Below, in pieces: positions 25,470 through 37,959 of a stretch of DNA of 64,000 bases. The position numbers and the translations under genes are program-made. Under the pieces are notes generated by a model. It did not search any database and was not told where the DNA came from. It saw only the letters and a list, made by a program, of their open reading frames with translations. This DNA comes from Scyliorhinus canicula (Eukaryota), in contig NC_052167.1 in the NCBI RefSeq assembly GCF_902713615.1, positions 2,790,001 through 2,854,000 of the forward strand, in the 5' to 3' direction. How positions within the stretch are numbered: position 1 is the first letter of the stretch; every line of letters begins with the position of its first letter.

Positions 25470-26353
25470 TGTCATGACACCCTGGGCTAGTGCATGGTCA
25501 ATTCCAGCCCCACTTTACCCGGAGTCACAGCACAGGTGAAATTAGATTTTATTTTAAATACCCGAGGTCCTTGGTTGAGCCCAAGAAACTACAGTCACCA
25601 GGTTTGTAATTTTAAAACAAGTAATCTTTTATTATGTACAGTATTGCAATTAATTGGACAGAAAATATAACTATCTACTACCCCTTTCCCAACACCTCTC
25701 TTTCTAACTCGCCCACTCTACACACACAAACAAGAGGGGAAAGGGGGGGAATTACATATTAAGAAAAAAAAGATAAGGATCCCTGATGGACCGGGGTGAC
25801 TTCCAGTCAATGTCTTTCTGAAGTTCAGGATATCATTTTGGTACTTCTTCCTTCTAGGCATGAGATGGTTTTCTCCAGCAAAGTTGTCTACTTTCTCTGC
25901 AGATCTCAGCATCATTTCAGGTTCACAGCAAAAGCTGCGCCAGACACACTCACTGCTTTCAGAATGATAGAGCAGTTCTTTCACTTCAGCAAGCAGGAGT
26001 GGGCGAGGGAGAGCGCTCCTTTCCCTTCCCAGGTCTAAACACTGGGTTCTCTCAGAAAGCATCCCGCAGGAACCAATCACTGACTGTTGGTAGGCAGGAC
26101 ACTGTCCCTGGCCAGTGCACTGGTTGCCTGTTAAGCAATCGAGCCGAGCCCCTCCACAACCTGGTTTGTAAGATCCACTCGATGCTGAGGAGTCTGGTTT
26201 CTGCTCTCCAAAACACAAAACCTGGGAACAGTGCCTTGGCAAGCAGGCTGTTTCACTTTGAGTCTTCTGCTTAAAAGCACATCCTGATTACGGGTCCACA
26301 GACCAAAATAATAAAAATGGGAACAAAGGATGTAAACAGGAAGGATTCTCACA
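25470..26353. mobile_element. Solo LTR-like element in a NUDT13 intron
   Basis: TGTCATG...CTCACA termini flanked by 4-bp ATGT duplications (25466-69 and 26354-57). One end is similar to the reverse complement of ~34310-34365. Confidence 0.65.
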
Positions 26354-26453
26354 ATGTACACAGTGGGAATACAGGGTATATTATACAAAGCAAGATGATG
26401 AAGAAAGGATTAAGCAAAGCCGGAGAAAGCGAGCTGAATGCTCCAGTGGTTAC

Positions 26454-26579
26454 CTGTGGGTAGTAGATTATTTCTTCTGTGCTACAGACACGTTTGCTAC
26501 CTGACACATTCTTCTGTGTTGGGTGTCCCGTTCTACTGCAGTAGAGATGTGTGCTGTGCCAGCGGAGAAGGCCCTGTGC
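26454..26579 (-). CDS. NUDT13: NUDT13 coding exon 5 (126 nt; AQGLLRWHSTHLYCSRTGHPTQKNVSGSKRVCSTEEIIYYPQ)
   Basis: Acceptor ttttag| and donor CAG|gtaacc. Encodes the NudC-type zinc-ribbon region (LLRWH...C..G...C...YP). Confidence 0.95.
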
Positions 26580-27299
26580 CTAAAATACATCCATTATTGT
26601 CTCGGGATGTCCAGACAGGTAGTCTGATCTGAAGTACAAGCCCAGACCGAAACCTCAGAACGTACAATGCAAGCCCGAGAAGGACGTTCTTAAACGTAAA
26701 GCAAAGCTGATAAAAATCAGACAGCAAACATTTGTCAATATTTTAAAGCAATGCTACAAAGTGCCGACCAGTAAAGGAGACAGTCACACATCAGAATTTC
26801 ACAAGAATAAAGATGGATGGATAATTGGTTTATTGAAGAATCTTCATAGTGATAGGTACCAAATTGTGATGACGATACAAATACATTAATTATAATTCAT
26901 AACAGGTATAGACAATTAAAATAATAATGCAAAAATTATACAGTATAAGGATTATGAATAACTTGGTATACAAAAAATTACAATGCGTGCAATATAGATA
27001 ATCTCATCCCCTGTCGACATGCACAGTAGTGATGTTTAAAGATTTATAGTTTTAAGGGGAAAATAAAGTAGAATGCAATCACCAAGGGTTAAAATCCTGA
27101 ATTCTATGTAACAAAAAGGAATGTGACTTATTCAGCTGCTATAAGCCAGTGTGGAGTGAGCCCCTGGTTAAGTGGTTTGCATTCCCACCTTGGAATAAGA
27201 AACAAAGTGTGACCATTGTGGTTATGTAAACGGACCAATGACCTCCTAGAGGGACGAATTAAAATCTCACCGCAGCATGACTTGGACAAGAGAAGTGAA

Positions 27300-27960
27300 T
27301 GTATATTGCCAAGTTTGCTATGACACAAAATAGGTGGGATGTGAAGTGGTGAGGATAACGCAAAGAGTCTGCAGAGGGATACAGACAGTGGAAGTGATTT
27401 GAGCAAAAACTTGGCAGATTAAATTATAATATAGGAAAATGTGAAGTTTCGCACTTTGGTAGGAAGAATAAAGGAGCTGAATATTATTTAAATGGAGAGA
27501 CAATGCAGAAAGCTGCAGCACAGACGGATTTGGAGGTCCTCGTGAATAAATCACAAAAAGCTCGCATACAAGTTCAGCAGGTAATAGGGAAGGCAAATGG
27601 AATGTTGGTCTTTATTTCAAAGAGAATGGAGTATAAATATAGGGAATTCCTGCTAAAGTTATTCAAGGTACTAGTTAGACTACACCTGGAATACTGTGAA
27701 CAGTTTTGGTCCCCTTATCTATGAAGGTGTTTTCTTATGAGGAGAGGTTGAGTAGGTTGGGCCTGTACTCATTGGATTTTAGAGGAATGAGAGGCGACTT
27801 TATTGAGACATATAGGATTCTCAGGGGCTTGACACTGTAGATGCTGAGAGGTTGTTTCCCCTTGTGGGAGAGTGTAGGACCAGAGGGCTTTATCTCAGAG
27901 TAAGGGGTCACCATTTAAGATAGAGATGAGGAGGAATGTCTTCTCTCAGAAGGTGGCAAA
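27300..27960 (+). mobile_element. CR1 fragment, truncated by a satellite
   Basis: AKFA.DTKIGG and KANGML...LVRLHLEYCEQFWSPYL motifs. Confidence 0.85.
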
Positions 27961-27961
27961 T

Positions 27962-28642
27962 GTCCCTACACTGTCCCCATCAAACACTCCCAGGACAGGC
28001 ACAGCACGGGGTTAGATACAGAGTAAAGCTCCCTCTACACTGTCCCCATCAAACACTCCCAGCACGGGGTTAGATACAGAGTAAAGCTCCCTCTACACTG
28101 TCCCCATCAAACACTCCCAGGACAGGCACAGCACGGGGTTAGATACAGAGTAAAGCTCCCCCTACACTGTGCCCATCAAACACTCCCAGGACAGGTACAG
28201 CACGGGGTTAGATACGGAGTAAAGCTCCCTCTACACTGTCCCCATCAAACACTCCCAGGACAGGCACAGCACGGGGTTAGATACAGAGTAAAGCTCCCCC
28301 TACACTGTGCCCATCAAACACTCCCAGGACAGGTACAGCACGGGGTTAGATACAGAGTAAAGCTCCCCCTACACTGTCCCCATCAAACACTCCCAGGACA
28401 GGTACAGCACAGGGTTAGATACAGAGTAAAGCTCCCTCTGCACTGTCCCCATCAAACACTCCCAGGACAGGCACAGCACGGGGCTAGATACAGAGTAAAG
28501 CTCCCTCTACACTGTCCCCATCAAACACTCCCAGGACAGGTACAACACTGGGTTAGATACAGAGTAAAGCTCCCTCTACACTTTCCCCATCAAACACTCC
28601 CAGGACAGGTACAGCACGGGGCTAGATACAGAGTAAAGCTCC
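27962..28642. repeat. 69-bp tandem satellite, about 10 copies
   Basis: Unit acactgtccccatcaaacactcccaggacaggtacagcacggggttagatacagagtaaagctccctct. gagtaaagct recurs every 69 bp, with one shorter deleted unit. Confidence 0.95.
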
Positions 28643-29528
28643 TCCCACAGTCCAAAGATGTGCAGGTTAGGTGGATTGGCCATGATAAATTGCCCTTAGT
28701 GTCCAAAATTGCCCTTAGTGTTGGGTGGGGTTACTGGGTTATGGGAATAGGGTGGAGGTGTTGACCTGGGGTAGGGTACTCTTTCCAAGAGCCGGTGCAG
28801 ACTTGATGGGCCGAATGGCCTCCTTCTGCACTGTAAATTCCATGATAATCAATGATTAACCTCGGACAAAGGTTCGGCACAACATCGTGGGCCGAAGAGC
28901 CTGCTCTGTGCTGTATTTGTCTATGTTCTATGTTCTAAAAAGGGATGAGCAATAAATGCTGATCTTCCCAGTGATATCCACACTCTTCGAATTAAAATTA
29001 AGGTTTGAAATGGCAAGGCAGACCAAAATTTAGGTTTGGTAATTCTAGGATGTGGGAGAGGCAAACCTGTTTCCCCATCGAATGAGCTGTGTGAGTCCAG
29101 AAAATCCCATTTGTTGGTTTTTAAGATGGTTACGGCCATGGAAAAAGTGCTCATTGTTGGTCAGTCAGTGAATTCTAATATCACTTTCACATTAATCTCA
29201 GGGAAGAATGCGAAGATACAAAAACTACAGTGAGCCGCTGGCCTTGTTAGAACTATGATGGAACGGCCAACTCAACTTTAGAGTCACTGGAAAAAATTCC
29301 AAAGCAACCAAATGAATGAGAGGCACCAAGATGTTGCAAAACTCACAAAATATGCAGCCTAGACAAGACCCTGACCCTTGTCAGTACACAGCAACACTGT
29401 GCTTACCGCACCCACTCCCCGATGAATGTGTTTGTGTTACAGTCTAAATCTGACGCTTGCTCCTGAATGGAAATAATGGATGAAAAAAGTTTTCCCAATT
29501 TCAAAGTTTGCCAAAGTATATGTTCTAC

Positions 29529-29635
29529 CTGAGACAACAAGGGAGCATCCTTTCCATCCAAGAGGAAGAAGGCTTTCCGCAAATCAACAAATGTTCCCTT
29601 CAGAACTGATTCCGCTTTGACCTTTTCAATTCGAC
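29529..29635 (-). CDS. NUDT13: NUDT13 coding exon 4 (107 nt; RIEKVKAESVLKGTFVDLRKAFFLLDGKDAPLLSQ)
   Basis: Acceptor ttgcag| and donor CAG|gtagaa. Lies within ORF 29403..29651 and carries the LKG.F..LRKA.F.L motif. Confidence 0.92.
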
Positions 29636-29914
29636 CTGCAATTAAGAGCACAGGTTAGAACATCATCCTTTGTCAAACGTGTTAACGGCAGTGGCATTCT
29701 AAGGGCCCCAAATGTTTCTAGCTTTTACTGTTTTTGCAAAGTGATTACCTTCGTAATGTTTCAGGCCGTTATGCCATTAGAGTCTCACAAGGAGCAGTTG
29801 AGAAGGGAATTGAAACAAAGGAATAAACAAGAGTTTGATGCAATGTGGATTTTGGTGAACAAAGAACAAGCAGGGAAGGGAGACGAGTTAGATAAGGAAC
29901 ACAAAGAAAACACG

Positions 29915-30847
29915 GGGCGGGATTCTCCGGTCTCCGACGCCAAAATCGCATTCAACGATCAGCCGGAGAATCCCCATTTGCGCCGAAATCTGGGGCGGCA
30001 CCGCATTTGCAGTGACAGGTAGTCACCCGAGGCCCTCCCCCGATGCTCCATCGCCGAAGGGCTGTGTTCCCAACGGCGTGGCTCACTAATGCTATTTATT
30101 TTCGTAAACCCGGCTGGACTGAGTCCGGCGCCGCCACTGTCGGGAGGGGGTGTTCCGCGGGTGGTCCGGGGTGGGGAGCCTGGTCAAATGGGGGCAGTTT
30201 TTGGCAGGCCAGATCCGCGGGCGGCTTGCACCATGTTGCACGGTGCGGCCATTGCAGGCCGCTGCCGTGTGTATGCGCGGCCACGGACCCGGCAATTCTC
30301 CGGCCGTATCCACAGCTAAATCCGGGGGTTTTATGCTGCATTCCTGCTTGCCTCCCCCCCCCCAGACGCAACATGTGCGCCGCTTTTTCTGGCATAAAAC
30401 GCTACTGTTCCCACGCCTGCCTGAGCATAAGACCATAAGACATAGGAGCAGAATTAGGCCACTCGGCCCATCGAGTCTGCTCCGCCATTCAATCATGGCT
30501 GATATTTTTCTCATCCCCATTCTCTGGCCTTCTCCTCATAACCCCATATCCCCTTATTGATCAAAAACCTATCTATCTCTGTCTTAAGAATACTCAGTGA
30601 TTTGGCCTCCATAGCCTTCTGCGGCAAAGAGTTCCACAGATTCACCCCCCTCTGGCTGAATAAATTCCTCCTCATCTCTGTTTTAAAGGATCGTCCCTTT
30701 AGTCCGGGATTGTGCCCTCTGGTTCTAGTTTCTCCTACGTGGAAACATCCTCTCCACGTCCACTCTATCCAGGCCACGCAGTTTCCTGTAAGTTTCAATA
30801 AGATCCCCCCTCATCCTTCTTAGTCTTCAAATCGGAGAATCCAGCCC
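29915..30847. mobile_element. GC-rich TIR element (MITE-like) with nested CR1; related or truncated elements at ~23003-23615 and ~20610-21225
   Basis: TIR GGGCGGGATTCTCCG / CGGAGAATCCAGCCC with acacg repeated on both flanks (29910-14 and 30848-52). The element at 23 kb ends ggagaaccccgccc. Confidence 0.7.
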
Positions 30848-31364
30848 ACACGTTTTGATGGAGGGGACTTTGGAAAGAGGGTTGATTACTTACATGAGGA
30901 GCAAACAGAAGAGGTCGATCACAGAATGATACAGCACAGGAGGTGGCCATTTGGTCAACCCCCTCAGTGCCAGCTCATCCCACTTTCCCTGTAGCTGTGC
31001 CATTTTCTTCTCTCAAGTATTTATCCTATGCCTTTTGGAAGTTGTTATTGAATCTGCTTCCACCTCATTTCTAGTAATGTGTGTATGTAAATGAAGAAAA
31101 ACAGTTGCACGAATGCGGAGCAAGCAAATAATGTAATCTGACCCATCTGTCTCAGATAGAGTACACTGCAAATACCAAGATCTGTACAATGTCGTTCCAA
31201 TAAAAAAAGTCCCAAAATGCGTGTCGATAAAGGGATGTAAACATTTAACTCCAATCATGTTATGTATGGCAGGTATGGCAGCGTAGCAAAGTTGCATAAC
31301 TACAGTGTTACTATCTGTAAGGTTACATTCTTTTCAAAATCAGGCCCGTGCAGGATAGTTTTAC

Positions 31365-31472
31365 CTAGATCAAGAGCAAATTGGGGCACATGATTTTCTG
31401 TGCAGCCAATCAGCACCGACTCCTCTATATATTTCTCCTTCTGATTCAAATTCTGAAGAATTCCATTCAGCT
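31365..31472 (-). CDS. NUDT13: NUDT13 coding exon 3 (108 nt; ELNGILQNLNQKEKYIEESVLIGCTENHVPQFALDLG)
   Basis: Acceptor ccttccag| and donor G|gtaaaa, phase 1-1. Contains the SVLIGC and FALDLG motifs. Confidence 0.92.
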
Positions 31473-32909
31473 CTGGAAGGGAAGATACCTTGTTTAATCA
31501 GCATTGTTCAAGGACACAAGTTCAAATCCCACCATGGCAGTTGGGGGCATTTAAATGCAATGAATTAATAAATCTGGAATAAAAACACCAACATTAGTAA
31601 AGATGATCATGAATCGTATTGTACTAAAAATACCTCTGGCACACTTCAGAGGAGGACATCTGAAGTTCTTGCCCAGTCTGCCCTCTATGCAAGTCCAAAC
31701 CCACAGCAAAGTGGTTGGCCCTTAACTACGCTCTGAAACAGCCAAGTACCTACAACTCAGTGGTATCAACAGGAAGGGCCCTTACAATGTTTCTGTTAAT
31801 ACTCCAAACGGTTGTGGTTCAAAAAGATGCTGTGCCCCCACCCACTTTAAGGACAATTTGGAATGGGTAATAAATGTTGGGCTTACCACTGATGCTCACA
31901 TCCCACAAATTTTAAAAAAAAAATTAAATTAATCGATCTCAGTATTCAATATACTCAATGTTGGAGCGTCCACAATCCTCTGGGGTTCTAAAGATTCACA
32001 ACCCTCTTGGTGACCTCTTCCTGTTTCTAAATGCAAGAACCACCTAAAGTTGCAAGTAGTGATCCTGCGTTAATCCTGCAATTCAGAACAAATTGTGAGA
32101 CCCGAGGGCAGCACGGTGGTGCAGTGGTCAGCATTGCTACCTCACGGCGCCGAGATCCCAGGTTCCATCCTGGCTCTGGGTCACTGTCCGTGTGGAGTTT
32201 GCACATTCTCCTCTTGTTTGCATGGGTTTCGCCCCAACAACCCAAAGATGTGCAGGGTAGGTGGATTGGCCACACTAATTTGCCCTTTAATTGGAAAAAA
32301 TGAATTGGGTACTCTAAGTTTTTTTTAAATTGTGAGACCATGCTCACACCAACTTTGGGCATTTTACACAATCATTGATATATGACTTCTAGACAGATCT
32401 TGCATTGTTCTGTCAACTCAATTTCTTGGAGGACAGGGGATGAAGTGATAGAGAGGGAGTCTTTTTTCCTTGAAACGTTGAGGTAACAATGCTGCATCTC
32501 AGCGCCAGGGACCTGGTTTGATTCCAGCCTTGGGTGACTATGTGCAATTTGCATGTTCTCACCGTGTCTGTGTGGGTTGCCTCCAGGTGCTCCAGTTTCC
32601 TCCCACAGTCCAAAGATGCGCAGGTTTGGTGGATTGGCCATGTTAAATTGCCCCTTAGTGTCCAAGGATGTACAGGTTATGGGGAAGCAGCTGGGCAGTG
32701 GGCCTAGGTAGGGGGCTCTTTCGGAGGGTTGGTGCAGACTCGATGGGCCAAATGGTTCTACGGAAACCCTTGCTAAAAGGTTGCCCAATGTAAGAGGAGA
32801 TGGATGTTTTTTTATGCTGGCGTATGCAGTCTCTTATGCACCCATTTTCAATTTTTGATAGAGAATTGACACTGACCCCATGCATCTTATTATTCCGCAG
32901 TACTTGTAC

Positions 32910-33049
32910 CTGAGGCTGTCACAAATGGTGCCGTGTATTTGTTTTCACTCCTCTGCAAAAGTGGGGAGAAACTGTGAAAGAGAAGGAAGGCTCCAGAGGT
33001 CAGGGCTTTCCTGCAAGCTTCGTCATCCTCCTTTAGCTCAAGCAGGTGG
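32910..33049 (-). CDS. NUDT13: NUDT13 coding exon 2 (140 nt; HLLELKEDDEACRKALTSGAFLLFHSFSPLLQRSENKYTAPFVTAS)
   Basis: Acceptor ttgcag| and donor G|gtacaa. The peptide matches the NUDT13 N-terminal ELKEDD...FHS..PLLQ block. Confidence 0.92.
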
Positions 33050-33689
33050 CTGCAATACAAAAACAATATATTTCATATATGAACTACAACAGTTGGTCCA
33101 CGTTTCCAGAGAGGAAGTAACAAATCTGCACACACAGGAGGCATTGGATGCTTGACAGAACTCCACAGCTGTCTGATGTACTGCATATCAAATAATTTTT
33201 GCCAAACCTCCAAATGCACCTACATTTGGGAAAGCATGCATAGCCATCGGCTCCAAAGGTATCATGAACATGCTCAGTCTGCCCCATAAATTAACAGAAA
33301 CATTGTTAGGGCCCTTCCTGTTGATTCCCCTTTCTCCACTTTATTTTTGCTGTTAGCGTGTTGATCCAGGGATGCTTAATGGACATATATCTTAAATTTG
33401 AGGTGAAAATGAGGTACTCAAGTCGCAACATGGGGCGGCACATGGCGCAGTGGTTAGCACTGGGACTGTGGCGCTAAGGACCCGGGTTCGAATCCCGGCC
33501 TGGGTCACTGTCCGTGTGGAGTTTGCACATTCTCCCCATGTTGGCGTGGGTCTCACCCCCACAACCCAAAGATGTGCAGGGTAGGTGGATTGGCCACGGT
33601 AAATTGCCCCTCAATTGGGAAAAAAAAATAATTGGGTACTCTAAAAAAATTTTTTTAAACTAAACAAAAGTCACAACAAAGTACGCTGT

Positions 33690-34365
33690 GCTAGCTTTGG
33701 AGGCCGAACTCAGGCTTTTGGGCACCTGAGGAATCGGTAGGACCCAGTTCGATTGGTTAGCTGGTGGCTGTATTCTGCACGGTAACAGGCAGTGATTGGA
33801 TCCTACCCGAGTGGGATGTTGTTTTTCCAGAGAACCAAGGAAGGACAGTTGGTTCCTGGATGCTCAGGAAAGGACCTGCTCTCTCGCTTTCTCCAGAAAA
33901 GCTACAAAGCTGCTGTATTTCTGAAACTGCAGAGATCTGAACGAACCTACAGTAAAACTCTTTACAGACTGAAGGCAGAAACTTCCAACTATATGCCTAA
34001 ACTGAAGGAAGTCTTGCTCGAAGCTCACCATCTGAAACGAAGACTCTTATCCCTTTACTTATTTTACACCCCTCCTTTTCCCCTCTGTGTTTGTCGGCCT
34101 TGTGGATGTGTGTGTATATGAGAGTGGGGCAAGTTTAAGTGGGAGGGGGTTAGGAATTAGATAATAGTTAACCTGATTTATTTGCTGCATTTTAAATTGT
34201 TATTAATAAAATTAATTGTATTTAAATTTGCAAACTTGGATACTGTAGGTATTGGGCAACCAAGGGCCAAAGACTTTGGGTGTTTTTCTAAGAATTATTT
34301 ATTAATTTCAATTGTGTTGTGACACCAGGTGAAGTGGGACTGGAATTGACCACACACAGCCCAAG
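33690..34365. mobile_element. LTR-like remnant related to 25470-26353, in opposite orientation
   Basis: tgtgttgtgacaccaggtgaagtgggactggaattgaccacacacagcccaagg is the reverse-complement counterpart of 25480-25535. Confidence 0.5.
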
Positions 34366-35207
34366 GAAAACTGAGATTCTGAATGGTGACAGAGAAACAC
34401 TGGCAGGGACACTGTTTGCTAGCTTTCCTCCTGTTCGGAGGTGGATGTGATATGAAGGAGAGCCTACTACAGGAAAATGAATTGCACGCAAAATTAGGCT
34501 AAAAAAAAACAGAAACATCTCTCCTTGTTAAACGTAACCGCAAGGATTGAACAGCTTTAGTGATTGGTATGACCCAGTGGAGCCAGCGTTGCGCTCGCCC
34601 TTGTAGATACTTTCCCTGTGCCGTCAGCTGCGGTGTGTAGTAACTTGCTGGTGTTAGAAGGTTGTGGGCTCAAGCTCCACTCTGGACTTGAGTATTTAGT
34701 CGAGGCTAATGCTCCAATGCATCAGGGCTACAGCGCACTGGAATGTCAGATTTGCCATCTTTCAGATGAGCCCCCTCTCCCTTCGCAGGTGGATGTAAAA
34801 AATCCCAGGGCACCGTTTGAAGACGGCCAGGTAAGTAATCCGCAGTATCCTTGCCAACCCTTCAATCGTCATCACTAAAAAGAGTAGGTTCTCTGGTCAC
34901 TGTCAGATTGCTGTTTGTGGGATCTTGCCATGCACAAACTGGCTGCTGTGTATCTTACATTACAACAGTGACTACATTCCAAGGAATGCTTTATTGGTTG
35001 AAGAGTGCTGGGGGTTGGGTGGGGGGTAGGGGGGGGGGGGGGATGTGAAGGGCATTATCAGTTCTGATGAACGGTCAGCGATCTGAAATGTTTTGTTAGC
35101 CACTGATGCTGCCTAATCTGTTGAGTATTCCAGCATTTTATGTTTTTCTGTTATACAATGGCACCCAGAGGCAGGTGAATCCACTACAGATCAGAAATGT
35201 GATTCAT

Positions 35208-35440
35208 AGGGCAGCACGGTGGCCTAGTGGTTCGCACAACCGCCTCACGGCGCTGAGGTCCCAGGTTCGATCCCGGCTCTGGGTCACTGTCCGTGTGGAG
35301 TTTGCACATTCTCCCCGTGTCTGCGTGGGTTTCACCCCCACAACCCAAAAAAAAAATGTGCAGAGTAGGTGGATTGGCCACACTAAATTGCCCCCTAATT
35401 GGAAAAAAATAATTGGGTAATCTAAATTTATAAAAAAAAA
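35208..35440 (+). mobile_element. HE1-derived short A-tailed SINE with long TSD. Other copies: 5195-5705(-, nested), 14138-14362, 19937-20270, 32107-32326, 33433-33660, 37670-37895, 51645-51745, 53580-53799
   Basis: Same head as HE1, an internal deletion (gggtttcacccccacaacccaaag), and tail aattggaaaaaa...aattgggtactctaaattt + A-run. 15-bp TSD agaaatgtgattcat at 35193-207 and 35441-55. Confidence 0.88.
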
Positions 35441-35685
35441 AGAAATGTGATTCATTCTAGAGCACAAAGACTCTCAGGAAATGTAGCAGCATATATATTT
35501 TTCTTGAATCCATTCTGCAATGTAACTCGGCCAAACTGGAGCCCTGGATTAACACACTAACGTTGGCGCACTGATGTTTCACCTCTGGACCCTTGGTTAA
35601 AATCTGGAGCAGAACGAGGAGCCCAAATTATATTCCTTCTGAAGTCTGTAACGCGAGATCATTACAGATATCTGTAGTTATTTAT

Positions 35686-35950
35686 AGGGCAGCACAGTAG
35701 CAAGCACTGTGGCTTCACAGCACCAGGTTAGTTTCCTGCCTTGGTCACTGTCTACACTTTCGCCCTGTGTCTGCGTGGGTTTCCTCCGGATGCTCTGGTT
35801 TCCTTCCACAAGACCCGAAAGAAGTGCTGTTGGGTGAATTGGACATTCTGAATTCTCGGTGTACCCAAACAGGCACCGGAATGTGGCGACATGGGGATTT
35901 TCGCAGTGTTAATGTAAGCCTACTTGTGACAATAAAGGTTATTATTTATT
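35686..35950 (+). mobile_element. HE1-headed SINE with gtgacaataa (Rex1-like) tail; related pieces at 1686-1768 and 24445-24852
   Basis: gggcagcacagtag head, then ggaatgtggcgac..., then gcctacttgtgacaataaa + (att)n. Confidence 0.7.
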
Positions 35951-36262
35951 AGTGGGAAGGGATTTGCATTTTATGCAACTAAAATTGATTTGAGACTGAG
36001 GCCAAAAGATGGGAAATGGAAATGTTTGCATGGGTGCATTATGAAATCCTACCGAAATTGGAATCGACACATTTAAGGTTCATGCTGGAGGGAATTTTAC
36101 TTTGCCATACATGTGCGTTGCATCGTCAGAGAGAGCCCAATGTAGTTATTACATGCTAAACATGGAACAGCACTCTTATCCACCATTGACACCACTAGAT
36201 TTAACGAGCAGAATACACATACTGGAAATAAATAAATGCGCAGACACTGAGCTAACACTTAC

Positions 36263-36348
36263 CGCATCCGACTGACATAATTTGAAACCAATCTGCAGGA
36301 CATCTGCATGGTCGGCGTGCTGAAATTCCTCAAAAAAAGAGGCATCAT
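36263..36348 (-). CDS. NUDT13: NUDT13 coding exon 1 (86 nt; MMPLFLRNFSTPTMQMSCRLVSNYVSRMR, mitochondrial-presequence-like)
   Basis: ATG at 36348 follows acceptor-like ...ttcag/aacag. Donor CG|gtaagt is phase 2 and joins the next exon in frame (R-HLLELKEDD). The peptide is Arg/Ser-rich with no acidic residues. Confidence 0.85.
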
Positions 36349-37959
36349 TTTCTCTTTGCAACTCCTGTTCTGAATTTGTGACTCAAGTCCTTCCAAACTC
36401 TCCAGGGCACCAAAAAAAAGCAACATAAGCTGTTTGGAAATAGAACCGAGTCAAACTCCGTACACAGAGCAGGCAAAGGAGGAGTGAAAGGTTCAACTGC
36501 CTTATCTTATCATGAGGTACCTCCCATTGTGGCATGGTTCAGAACAGGAATCCAGAAGCAGCATTTATTTACTGAGCTTCTCCAAGCCTCCTAGATTAAA
36601 GTATATTGGTACAAATGAATTTGTATGAAACCAACTGGCCCGCTGGCTAGATCCTAATTTTTCAATTGAACATTGCTGAAAAGAGTCGTGTTGCCGAATC
36701 TTTTCGTCTTGCACTCATCAGCACAAATGCAAGAATGCCAAATTTCAAGCACGCACGACAATTCATACTGCAGGAGAAAAGGGTGCAACTCAACTCCGAT
36801 TGGCCAAAATGTTGCCATGGGTTTGAGAAAAGCTTCAGCAATATGTCTCACATCTCAGCAATATTCAAGTTTGGTACCACCAAGTAACTATTTTCCAACT
36901 GTGTAACCCAAGTATAAATCAGTAATCAGATGATCACTAGTATACACACACACTTCATTCTACTGAAATTTATGTTGCTCGCTTCCCCATATCATGCTGA
37001 AGTGCCAGCTTTAAACGGTTTGGACTAGGATCTGAAGCCAACTATAGAACAACTCTGGAATTTTTTTTGAGTCGCAGGTTATAGCATCATTTAAACAAAA
37101 TGTATTCAAGGAGGCAACCGAGAGCAATGGGAAATGCAGCAAAGGCAGTAAGTTTCAAATCTGTGACAGCTAGGCAGTCAAATACTTGACTGCATGACGC
37201 CTAGACTGTATCATTTTGCCGGGATACCAGCAGAACCATAGATGTCCCAATTCAACAGAAGTGGAAGAAGACAGCTCTGTATTCAGAAACAAACAATTGA
37301 AATGTTTTCTGGCATTCCATTAATTGGCTAGACAGCTGGTGTGGAACAGATTGGTGCCAACAGCACATGGTTCAATTCCCTGTTCCTTCTGGGTGAATTT
37401 GTGACCTGCCTCCACTGGGTGGGCACAGTGGTTGGCACAACTGCCTCCCAACTCCAGGGTCCTGGGTTCAATTCCGGCCTCAGGTGACTATCTGGTGGAG
37501 TTTGTACGTTCTTCCGTGTCTGGGTGGATTTCCTTTGGGTGCACCGGATTCCTCCCACATGTGCAGGTTAGATAGATTGGCTATGAAAAACTGCCCCTTA
37601 GTGTCCAAAAGGTTACATCGGGCTACTGGGTTACAGGGATAGAGTGGAGGCTTAAGTAGGGTGCTCTTAGGCCAGCATGGTGGCAGAGTGGTTAGTACTG
37701 CTGCCTCAAGGCACAGAGGACCCGAGTTCCATCCCGGCCCTGGGTCACTGCCCGTGTGGAGTTTGCACATTCTGCCCGAGTCTGCGTGGGTATCACCCCC
37801 ACAACACAAAAAGATGTGCAGGGTAGGTGAATTGGCCACACTAAATTGCCCCTTAAGTGGAAAAAAGTTGTGTACTCTAAATTTATTTAATAAAAACACA
37901 ATTCATATGCATTGTTTTAATGTGAAACCGAACTGCAGCTGCACAGAGAAGGGGAGGAC

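Noticed and set aside
27962-28642. CRISPR-like appearance of regular repeats
   Set aside because: The units are contiguous with no unique spacers, there are no cas genes, and the context is a vertebrate intron.
36660-36770. Acceptor-like ctcctgcag|TATG with short ORF MNCRACLKFG... as the NUDT13 start
   Set aside because: No in-phase GT donor occurs before the stop codon, and the exon at 36263-36348 fits the family N-terminus much better.
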